Shown: piece after piece, positions 50,893 to 59,118 of the stretch
Layout of the letters: every line of letters starts with the position of its first letter
How positions within the stretch are numbered: position 1 is the first letter of the stretch
Assembly (NCBI GenBank): GCA_018238545.1
Contig: JABCTC010000001.1
Coordinates: forward strand, 32,001-96,000
Direction of reading: 5' to 3'
DNA: 64,000 nucleotides
Source of the DNA: Candidatus Heimdallarchaeota archaeon
GTDB taxonomy: Archaea; Asgardarchaeota; Heimdallarchaeia; Heimdallarchaeales; Heimdallarchaeaceae
Program-made: the position numbers and the translations under genes
The notes under the pieces: model-generated
Told to the model about the DNA's origin: nothing
Database searches by the model: none
The model's input: only the letters and a program-made list of their open reading frames with translations

Positions 50893-51825
50893 ATAAAACT
50901 CCCATTAAAGTACGAAGCAACTGTAACTTCTTCTAATAGGATTACAATCCCTAGATGGATAACTTTTATTGAATCCGAAGATGTTATTGAAGGTTTTATC
51001 CAAGTTCCAAACATTGAAACATCTTATCCTTTTGAAAAGAAGGTTTCGGCTACACGTCACATTACTATAGGCTTCATCAAAACTTTCCTTCCTGATAAAA
51101 CAATACCAAACAGAGTGAATATAACAATCACGAAAGTGAATAAGATTGTTATGGCTGATTTCTGTTTTAATCTTGTCAGTTACAAACAAGATGCAAATAA
51201 ATACATAATGAATTTCTCCTCAATCAAACCTAACACTTCTATTCAATTCAAGCTAGATACTCTTGCAGAAGAATATGGAAACACTTTTTTTGAAAGACAA
51301 GTATCTGAAGGGAATCATTATCTTGAACCTATTTTTGAGGAAAAGGACGGAAAATGGATTATTTCTATCTACATTCCTGCTCAAGACGACATGGGAAGCA
51401 CGTTTCAATTTATATTTTTCTTCATTCTCTCCCAGGAGTGTTATCAGAAATATAATGCAACAATTGCTAAAATAAAGAAATTAGTTCATCGATTCTCAAT
51501 CTGGCTATATAGTTGTGAGGATCTTAACAAAGAAAATCTCTCAAAACTCTCTTCTCAATTTCGAGAGATCCTGGAAAAAGGGTCGGAACCTAATTATCTG
51601 GAAATGAAAGAAATTTTGAAAATGCCCACATCTGAAAGAGAAATCATTTTAGTTGTTCTCAAAGAGCATAGAAGCGGTGGGATAAGCCTAGAACACCTTG
51701 CACAACTTCTACAAGAGTCTCAGAAGATTGTTTCAGAAGTTGTTTCAAAATTAGTTAATAAGGGATTTCTTAGAATACTCAAAGAAGACGATGTAACTAT
51801 TATTGACTCTTTATGGATTATCTAA
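50893..51825 (+). CDS. AbrB-like plus longin-like plus winged-helix protein; probable ATA start
   Basis: Frame is open from 50887; AGGTGA at 50881-50886 then ATA at 50893; C-terminal wHTH. Confidence 0.65.
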   Translation: MKLPLKYEATVTSSNRITIPRWITFIESEDVIEGFIQVPNIETSYPFEKKVSATRHITIGFIKTFLPDKTIPNRVNITITKVNKIVMADFCFNLVSYKQDANKYIMNFSSIKPNTSIQFKLDTLAEEYGNTFFERQVSEGNHYLEPIFEEKDGKWIISIYIPAQDDMGSTFQFIFFFILSQECYQKYNATIAKIKKLVHRFSIWLYSCEDLNKENLSKLSSQFREILEKGSEPNYLEMKEILKMPTSEREIILVVLKEHRSGGISLEHLAQLLQESQKIVSEVVSKLVNKGFLRILKEDDVTIIDSLWII

Positions 51826-52926
51826 TTAAGGTATGATTTCAGTAGTGTTATTATATTCAGGGTAATCGAATTGCTCTCTTTTTATAATGCTTTTCTCGAT
51901 TAGTTCTTCTACATCTTTTTTTATCCCTTTTAACTCTGAGATCAAATGTTTAACAGTTGTACAAACAAGGTTAAACCCTTCTTCACCCCATAGTTTATAC
52001 AAATTAGCAAATAAACATCTCCCTCCACACAAATCATAATCCTCACACTCTAGACAAGTATTTTCTATTTTGACAGAATTTCGTAATTCTTCTGGCTTAT
52101 TCTTTTTGATATCTCCAACTATAGTTTTTTCGAATTCAGGAGGGAGAGGACAAAAAGTTACAATTCCATCTGTGCGGATAGCAAAACTTCTCAATCCTGC
52201 TTCACACGGTAAATCTGTTTTGGTATTATTGAGTATGTTGCGAAAAACACCTAAGAATGGAACTATGCCTTTAACTTCTCCTGCTCTCATTTTTTCTAGC
52301 CAATATGAAACTAATTTTGTTATCCCTTCATTGTATTTTTTTACCCATGAAGGAAAATCTTTCCATCTTTCATTCATATTATAATCCCATTGACAATCTA
52401 GTTGCCAATGCACATGATCAAATGTTAAATCTTCATCATTTAATAAAAACAGAACATCAGTGTATATGTCAGAGACTTCAGAGACAGCCATACGTGCAAT
52501 TAGATCTCCGGTGAACCCCCTGCCTCGAATATCGGCGATATTGTGTTTAATCTTATCAAAAACACCTAATCCTCGGTTGGTTTCGGTAACATCCTTATCT
52601 CCGTCAATTGAAATGAGAATCGTTGACATTCTATTAAGGCTTTCAGTTTTTAACTTATGGAGCAAGATTCCATTTGTTTGCAAAGTAAAATGATTTGCAG
52701 AAATTTCACCCATAATGTTCTCTATAATCTCCATTTCTAGCAGTGGTTCTCCACCATAGAAAGCTATGTCAGGATCCTTATCAGTTGCTAAAAAATTCTT
52801 AAGTTCCTCTACATTCCAACTAGGTGTAACTGGTAAATCAGGATGAGGTTCATTAAGACAATATGCGCACCTTAGATTGCAATCATTTGAGGTGATTATG
52901 AACCAGTTCATTTTACCTTCAAACAA
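51826..52926 (-). CDS. Radical SAM/SPASM protein (AF0577/TIGR04084-like)
   Basis: CNLRCAYC, YGGEPL, CxxCxxxxxCGGRC and C-terminal EIIP. Confidence 0.88.
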   Translation of the reverse strand: MFEGKMNWFIITSNDCNLRCAYCLNEPHPDLPVTPSWNVEELKNFLATDKDPDIAFYGGEPLLEMEIIENIMGEISANHFTLQTNGILLHKLKTESLNRMSTILISIDGDKDVTETNRGLGVFDKIKHNIADIRGRGFTGDLIARMAVSEVSDIYTDVLFLLNDEDLTFDHVHWQLDCQWDYNMNERWKDFPSWVKKYNEGITKLVSYWLEKMRAGEVKGIVPFLGVFRNILNNTKTDLPCEAGLRSFAIRTDGIVTFCPLPPEFEKTIVGDIKKNKPEELRNSVKIENTCLECEDYDLCGGRCLFANLYKLWGEEGFNLVCTTVKHLISELKGIKKDVEELIEKSIIKREQFDYPEYNNTTEIIP

Positions 52927-52992
52927 GAAAAAGACTTGCCATATTAAAGTTCAATTGTGTGTAACAAAAAGAAAAAAAAAGAGAAAAAACGT

Positions 52993-53805
52993 TTATTCTA
53001 CTTTGGCACCACAATTAGTGCAGAACTTTTCCCCAACTTCTAAAGTTGATCCACAACTCATACAAAATGAAGTTGTTCTTGTTGGATCTTCACTTTGTAC
53101 TGGTTGAAAGGGTTGTTGCTGTACAGGTGTTTGATAAGTTGAATAGCTAGGTTGAGTGCTTGCTGGGGGAGCGTATGTAGATGGTGCATGGGTAGCTGGT
53201 GGTCTTGCAGGTTTAGTAATATTGTTTGAATTTTTAAATAATGTTCCTGCAAAACCCATTAACAATAGGGCATCAAGCCAGTCTGTAACATAATAAGCTA
53301 TATCTGCAAAAAGCCAGAAAATAAATGCTGATATTATGAATACTATTAGCATTACAAACTTAGTAAACCCATAAACCCATATTATTGGGCTATCTATTTG
53401 CCGGTTCATATTTTGAAATCCTTTGTTCACAACAACATAGGCTATACCTTTTATCAAAAATATCACTCCTATGATAAATAGGTCGATAAATACTCCTAAA
53501 GATGGTGAGTAGAAGTAAATTCCAAAGCCTATGATATAAACTAATAGTAAAACCACCCCTAAGATGAGTTTTCCATCCTTTTCAGTTTGTAGGTTATACA
53601 TCATTATGAGAACACCTAAGAATACAGCTACAGCAACTGCATTAGTTATATAGTATAACCAAGATATACTTGAAGAGTATATGATTTCATAGTTGAAAAA
53701 ATTTATAATGTTAACAATTGCATTAACTATGAAAACTCCTGCAGATACTTTCATCAATAATGAAACGTTATTTGATTTGTTAGAAATATCTGTATTTCCG
53801 TACAT
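52993..53805 (-). CDS. Membrane protein with Pro/Gln linker and zinc ribbon
   Basis: About 6 TMs; FCMSCG...FCTNCG. Confidence 0.85.
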   Translation of the reverse strand: MYGNTDISNKSNNVSLLMKVSAGVFIVNAIVNIINFFNYEIIYSSSISWLYYITNAVAVAVFLGVLIMMYNLQTEKDGKLILGVVLLLVYIIGFGIYFYSPSLGVFIDLFIIGVIFLIKGIAYVVVNKGFQNMNRQIDSPIIWVYGFTKFVMLIVFIISAFIFWLFADIAYYVTDWLDALLLMGFAGTLFKNSNNITKPARPPATHAPSTYAPPASTQPSYSTYQTPVQQQPFQPVQSEDPTRTTSFCMSCGSTLEVGEKFCTNCGAKVE

Positions 53806-54260
53806 ATTTTTTCCTCAATTTTTTGAATCAACTTAATCAACAATTCAAAACTATTTATAGTTTTTGCAAATTTTTGCTGAATATAGAACTCCGAGTATAC
53901 CAATAATTTTGAGTGCTATACCATTGTTGGAATTTCATGCTCTTGACCTAAATCTATCTTGATGAACTCTGAGGGGACTTTTGCTTATTTCACTTGATCT
54001 TAGCTAACTCTTCTTTTTCCGTTCTTTTGCATAATATTCATTAATATGATTCTATGTTATTTCAACTTCTAAACTTCATAAATTAAAGAAATGCACAAAA
54101 TTGTTATATGACTTTCGTTGCCCTCTGCATACTATTTATATTAAGGGTAGTCACACGTTATATTAACTGGGGTTCAAATCAGTTTCACTAATTATCTACC
54201 TACAGTAGGTGAGATACTTAGAAGATTCATCGAGTGATAAACTCATAACACTAGCGGAAA

Positions 54261-55244
54261 GTGGACATATTGAAGATCCTTATTACATCTAAGAATGGAG
54301 AATTGCTCTATCAGTACGATAGCTTTAGTGAAAATAAAATTCACGATAATGCTTTGGTTACTAGTTTGATTAGTGCAATTGTTGCCCTCTCTTCCGAAGT
54401 AGTAAATTCTTTTCCACGTGAAATAGAGTTTGAGGGAAAAATACTCTATTTCTATACAGAAAATGAGTTAATTGTTGCTCTTCTTGTTAATATTGAAGCC
54501 CCATTCAATGGAGATATTCTTCCAATTCTTCTCGCAGAATTCAAGAAAGTCCAAGAGCAGTACAATTTCAGTATTTATCAGGCTATCAAGTATGAAGAGG
54601 AAGTTTCAATAGAAATAAAATCTGCTCTTGCTGAATATTTATCTAATATGCAAAAAAACATGCTAAATGTTTTTGAGAAAACTGATTTAACTGATTATAA
54701 GTCTTTGATCAAGTTGAAAAATGTCGCGAAAGACTTGATGTTTGATGGGTCAAGAGAGTTTCTGTCATTTGAAATTATATCTCGTATAGTTCCTGAAGGT
54801 CTAGATAAAGTACTCTATGGTCTAATTGTAGGAATTCCAGTTATAGTTGTAGGAAATCGAAACCTTGTTGAGCCAATGATTCATTCTTTACGTCTTCTTT
54901 CTCCAACCAAACTACTAAATGTCAAGCCATGGTCTTTCAAATATGAAATTGGCTATGACATTATTGGAACAAATGATTACGATAAGCTTTTACCTTCAAG
55001 TACATTGGTCATTATCAACATTGATGAAGGGATCGTTTTTGGAGGACACTCGTCAGCATATTTTGAAGATGTAATTAAACAGATTTCAAATCTGAATGCT
55101 GTAGAAGCTTTTACATTTCTAAGAACAGAGTTAGATTGGGTCTTTCAATCTCTGGAATCATTATCTATTCGTAGTCACTCTAAAGATACTCTTCCCCTGG
55201 AAAAACAAATGATTCTTTTTGAATTACTTAAACGCCTTCATTGA
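54261..55244 (+). CDS. Longin plus DENN/folliculin-like protein
   Basis: ILITSKNGELLY and LVTSLISAI; VLYGLIVGIPVIVVG core; same layout as 35282. Confidence 0.65.
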   Translation: MDILKILITSKNGELLYQYDSFSENKIHDNALVTSLISAIVALSSEVVNSFPREIEFEGKILYFYTENELIVALLVNIEAPFNGDILPILLAEFKKVQEQYNFSIYQAIKYEEEVSIEIKSALAEYLSNMQKNMLNVFEKTDLTDYKSLIKLKNVAKDLMFDGSREFLSFEIISRIVPEGLDKVLYGLIVGIPVIVVGNRNLVEPMIHSLRLLSPTKLLNVKPWSFKYEIGYDIIGTNDYDKLLPSSTLVIINIDEGIVFGGHSSAYFEDVIKQISNLNAVEAFTFLRTELDWVFQSLESLSIRSHSKDTLPLEKQMILFELLKRLH

Positions 55245-55304
55245 TTTGTTTCTTCACAAAATAGTGAAGTTTATAATGTTCCATACAAATGAGCATTTAG
55301 TTCT

Positions 55305-55628
55305 ATGAGTTCCTCTGAGCAAAAAAATGAAAAATCTAGATTAGATTGGATAAGATTCAAGAAACATTCTTTAGTAGGAAAAATAATTTTTGTAAGTACA
55401 GTTTGCTTTTTTGGTGTATTGTTGCTATTCAACTTCTTTACTTTGCTCTATGGGAGGTGGACAGAATTAGGCATATATTCAGTTTGGCTTCTCTTTGGAT
55501 GGCTATTCTTCTCTGTATTGATCTACATTAGTTTTAGGATAATTTCAATGGTTATGACCAAAGGTAGCAAAGAGATCAAAGAACTGGAAAATTTACCTCC
55601 TGAAGAAAGTATACAGAATAAAAAGTGA
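55305..55628 (+). CDS. Two-TM membrane protein
   Basis: Two TMs; first of three overlapping small genes. Confidence 0.7.
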   Translation: MSSSEQKNEKSRLDWIRFKKHSLVGKIIFVSTVCFFGVLLLFNFFTLLYGRWTELGIYSVWLLFGWLFFSVLIYISFRIISMVMTKGSKEIKELENLPPEESIQNKK

Positions 55629-55942
55629 TCAAATTGACAGTGTGGAATGTACAACGCCAGCATAGCAAACTCTATCTGATTGTAATCGGATCAATTTATG
55701 TATTGCTTGTAGCTGCAATCATAGTTCTAGCCTCTATTGCAAACGATTGGTTATTCTGGATATTTGCCTCTCTAACAAACATAGCTATTATTGCAATCGG
55801 TGTGAAACGATTCATCAAGATATTGAAACCTAGAGTAGTTAGTGTTCCCTTGGGAGAAACTTTATCATATAGAACCACTACTCTAGAAAATGAGAATAAG
55901 GTAGAGAAAACTGAGAGTAATAAAGATGGAGAAAACAAATAA
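55625..55942 (+). CDS. Two-TM membrane protein
   Basis: GTGA overlap with the previous gene. Confidence 0.7.
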   Translation: MIKLTVWNVQRQHSKLYLIVIGSIYVLLVAAIIVLASIANDWLFWIFASLTNIAIIAIGVKRFIKILKPRVVSVPLGETLSYRTTTLENENKVEKTESNKDGENK

Positions 55943-56180
55943 GGCAAGCGTTTCGCGAGTCTCAACAATCTCAAGTTTTGTCATGTTGTTTGGTACATTT
56001 GGTATAATATTTCTACTTGCATTTATAGAATCAATCACTGTGGATTGGTATCCCGAAATTTGGGGTGTTATCTTCATTTTGTTAACTTTTGGATTCAGTT
56101 TGTCTTATATTGTGTGCCAAAAAATTCTTGGAAGGGCAGCAAAGAATACGCCTGAGGAACCAAAACAAAACAACATCTAA
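55926..56180 (+). CDS. Two-TM membrane protein
   Basis: Overlaps the previous gene; two TMs. Confidence 0.65.
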   Translation: MEKTNKASVSRVSTISSFVMLFGTFGIIFLLAFIESITVDWYPEIWGVIFILLTFGFSLSYIVCQKILGRAAKNTPEEPKQNNI

Positions 56181-56236
56181 CACGTATTCGAACAGTCTTA
56201 CCCAGCTTTAAATATTATGCAGAGCATATTTTTGTA

Positions 56237-56485
56237 ATGGGGACTTCCGACAATATGCGTGATAGTAGAATATTTGAGAAATCTATCCCCTTGATTCGTA
56301 GATGTATGAAAGAGAAAGTTAGTGTCTCTCTTCTTTTGTCAACACTAAAATTAATGGATATGGGACTTATTAAGGAAGTCGAAGATTTGAACAGTTTTAT
56401 GGAAAAAAGAGTAGAGATAAATCCCAATCGTGTACATGATGTGGAAAAAATCAAGGGTATGATTGTTCATCGCTATTTTGAATGA
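56237..56485 (+). CDS. Small hypothetical protein
   Basis: 82 aa ORF filling the intergenic space. Confidence 0.55.
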   Translation: MGTSDNMRDSRIFEKSIPLIRRCMKEKVSVSLLLSTLKLMDMGLIKEVEDLNSFMEKRVEINPNRVHDVEKIKGMIVHRYFE

Positions 56486-57852
56486 TTTTTCATTCTTTCA
56501 TAAAGAACTTTTGCTGCAAAAGCTGCTTCTCTTGGAGAAAGAAATATAGGTGCTTTCTCTTTCTCTGCAAACCCTTTTATCGCTTCAAGTATTGCCCCAC
56601 TCATAAATATTGGGAAGATAGGTTTTTTTCTACCAGTCTCATTCCAGGCTTTTATTACTCCTTTGTAGTGTTCGTCTGGCTTCATTTCTAAAAATGTAGG
56701 TATAACACAACATGGAACAACAATGTCAATATTTGGATCTTCTAGCATTGCTTTTGTAACTTGATAATACCCTTCCCCACTTGCTCCAGCAATCATATCG
56801 AGCGGATTAACCTTTTTTACCAAAGGAATCACATGAGGATTAATTTTTTGTTTAAACTCCTCAGAGAATTCAACAAGTTCTAACCCCATTTCTTCAGAGT
56901 GATCACTGAACAAAACAGCTGACCCACCTGAATTAGTTAAAACACCAATTTTTCCTCCCAGAGGTTCAGGTAGGAATGAGAAAGCCTTTATCGCTGCAAT
57001 GTAATCACCTAAGCTTTCGCATAAAGTAGCTCCAGCTTGTTTAACAGCTGTTTTAAGAGAGTTATAGTCAGTTGCAATTGAACCTGTATGGCTGCTTGCA
57101 CTTTTCATTCCCGCAACTGTTCTACCTCCTTTGAGGACTACTGTTGGTTTCTTAGCTGCAAGCTTAACAAGCTTATTGTAAAACGCTCTACCATCAATAA
57201 CATTTTCGAGATAAACAGTAACAACTTTAGTGTTCTCATCATCGATAAAATACTGGAGAAGATCTGTAAGGTTAACATCTATCATGTTGCCTAGATTGGC
57301 AAATTTGGAAAAACCTAATCCTTGCCACCACATTTCATAGAGAATCGCTGCTCCGAAAGAACCTGATTGTGTTACTATACTCACATTGCCTTCAATCGGC
57401 GTTTGAACAAAAGAAGCATTCATACCGATGTCAATATTTTGAATTCCAACGCAATTGGGACCAATCAATCTCATACCTGCATCCAAACTTCTGCGTTTTA
57501 TCTCTTGTTCAATTCTTTTACCTTCCTCGTTTATCTCTCCAAATCCTGCTGATACGATAATAACCCGTTTAACTTTTTTCTCAATGCATTGATCAATAAC
57601 AATCGGAACAGCTTTAGAAGGTACTAAAATAATGGCAAGATCTATATCTTTCTCAACATCCAATACAGATGGGTAACATTTTAACCCGAAAATTTCTGTT
57701 GCTTTTGGGTTGATTGGATAGATTTTTGCTTCCAATTTATCATTTTCTAATAAGTTTGCTGTCACTGCATTACCAAATTTTTTTGGGTCGCTTGTAGCTC
57801 CAATAATTGCTATGGATTTAGGATAAAAGAATTGATGAACCATCTTAATCAA
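56473..57852 (-). CDS. acdA: Acyl-CoA synthetase (ADP-forming) alpha subunit
   Basis: SIAIIGA, IGPNCVG, QSG, SHTGS, TNSGG and NPLD motifs. Confidence 0.92.
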   Translation of the reverse strand: MIKMVHQFFYPKSIAIIGATSDPKKFGNAVTANLLENDKLEAKIYPINPKATEIFGLKCYPSVLDVEKDIDLAIILVPSKAVPIVIDQCIEKKVKRVIIVSAGFGEINEEGKRIEQEIKRRSLDAGMRLIGPNCVGIQNIDIGMNASFVQTPIEGNVSIVTQSGSFGAAILYEMWWQGLGFSKFANLGNMIDVNLTDLLQYFIDDENTKVVTVYLENVIDGRAFYNKLVKLAAKKPTVVLKGGRTVAGMKSASSHTGSIATDYNSLKTAVKQAGATLCESLGDYIAAIKAFSFLPEPLGGKIGVLTNSGGSAVLFSDHSEEMGLELVEFSEEFKQKINPHVIPLVKKVNPLDMIAGASGEGYYQVTKAMLEDPNIDIVVPCCVIPTFLEMKPDEHYKGVIKAWNETGRKKPIFPIFMSGAILEAIKGFAEKEKAPIFLSPREAAFAAKVLYERMKNHSK

Positions 57853-57909
57853 TTAGAAGTTATTACCTAACTTTTATGTTTTTCTCTTCCATCTGAAAAT
57901 AGAATGTGA

Positions 57910-58866
57910 TTATTTGAATCCCTTTTGTATGACATATTCGGACAAATCAATATTCAACACTTGAACTACTATACTTTCTAACATGGTAAAATCTTCCATA
58001 GGTTGTACCAACTCGTTTAGTACTTCAATTTCTCTTCTAGCTTCATGTTGACTTTCATCTTTTGCAATAATCATCGAGTAGATATACTGATCATCTGTCT
58101 TAATTATGTACTTATAATCACCAGAAACCATGTATTGCAACATCCCTGTTTTCCCAAATAACCTTTGACTAAAACTTTCAATTGCAGCTAGAAATCCTGC
58201 TAATAAAGAAGGATCTTCCTCAAGCCCAATTTTGTCAATCTCAAGCAGAGGAAAACCATCAATATCTGCAATCATAAACATAAGTGGGTCTATTTTTCTT
58301 TTTGTAGCAAGTTTTGCGGTGTTATTCTTTAACCAGTTTAGAGCATTATGTACATTTTCACCAGTTTTCATGCTAGTTTTAAAAAATTGATAGGAAGCAT
58401 TTTCTTTCTTTGCTAAATTATACAAACCCAAGTGATTTATAATCGATTCTAGGTCTAGACTTTCCTTTAAATCTGCTTTATTGCATAAGAACAAGATTAA
58501 GAATTCATCACGATTATCTTTGAGATCGACAATTCGCCAAAATTCTTCTTTAGCTTCATCAAAACTCTCTGGGTCAGCTGAATCTATCATGAATACTAAA
58601 CCATAAGCTAATTTTACATAAGATTCCCAAATTGTTTTTCGATAAGATATATGACCTCCAAGATCGAAAATATCAAATCTTGCATCTCCTATGTCTGTAG
58701 TTTCGAATTGCAAACCCATTGTAGGTTTGGTTTCCTCGAATTTACCAGTCATTATTCGCTTAACAAACGAAGATTTTCCTGCTTGAGATAAACCTATTAC
58801 AACTAATGGGATGCCTTTCTTATCAAATTTCATCGCAGTAGGTGCATTCTTCATCTTATCTAACAA
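57910..58866 (-). CDS. Arf/Sar-family small GTPase fused to a C-terminal longin/roadblock-like domain
   Basis: GLSQAGKS, PTMG, DLGG, NKAD; C-terminal LLAGFLAAIESF. Confidence 0.85.
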   Translation of the reverse strand: MLDKMKNAPTAMKFDKKGIPLVVIGLSQAGKSSFVKRIMTGKFEETKPTMGLQFETTDIGDARFDIFDLGGHISYRKTIWESYVKLAYGLVFMIDSADPESFDEAKEEFWRIVDLKDNRDEFLILFLCNKADLKESLDLESIINHLGLYNLAKKENASYQFFKTSMKTGENVHNALNWLKNNTAKLATKRKIDPLMFMIADIDGFPLLEIDKIGLEEDPSLLAGFLAAIESFSQRLFGKTGMLQYMVSGDYKYIIKTDDQYIYSMIIAKDESQHEARREIEVLNELVQPMEDFTMLESIVVQVLNIDLSEYVIQKGFK

Positions 58867-59118
58867 CTTCCCTTTCAGACATACTTTTATTTCTATTGAT
58901 ATTATTCGTTAGTACAAAATAAAGTTATCTTAATTTGCAATTAGTTTGTTCTTTAATATAAAAAGAAAATTCATTAAAGAAAAACTGAAACAAAGGTATT
59001 AGCTCTCTAAATCACAAATCAATTTTGTCGGTATTTACACCGTGTAAGTTTTGAGGAAAGAGATATATACAACATTTCACTATTGTATGCTGTACTCGCT
59101 GATAGGGTGTGTAAGAAT

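Noticed and set aside
53870-54030. Possible decayed PIN (DUF3368-like) toxin on the minus strand
   Set aside because: Only two short motifs in different frames.
54165-54215. GGTTCAAATC resembling a tRNA T-loop
   Set aside because: No cloverleaf or acceptor stem; more likely leader hairpins of the 54261 gene.
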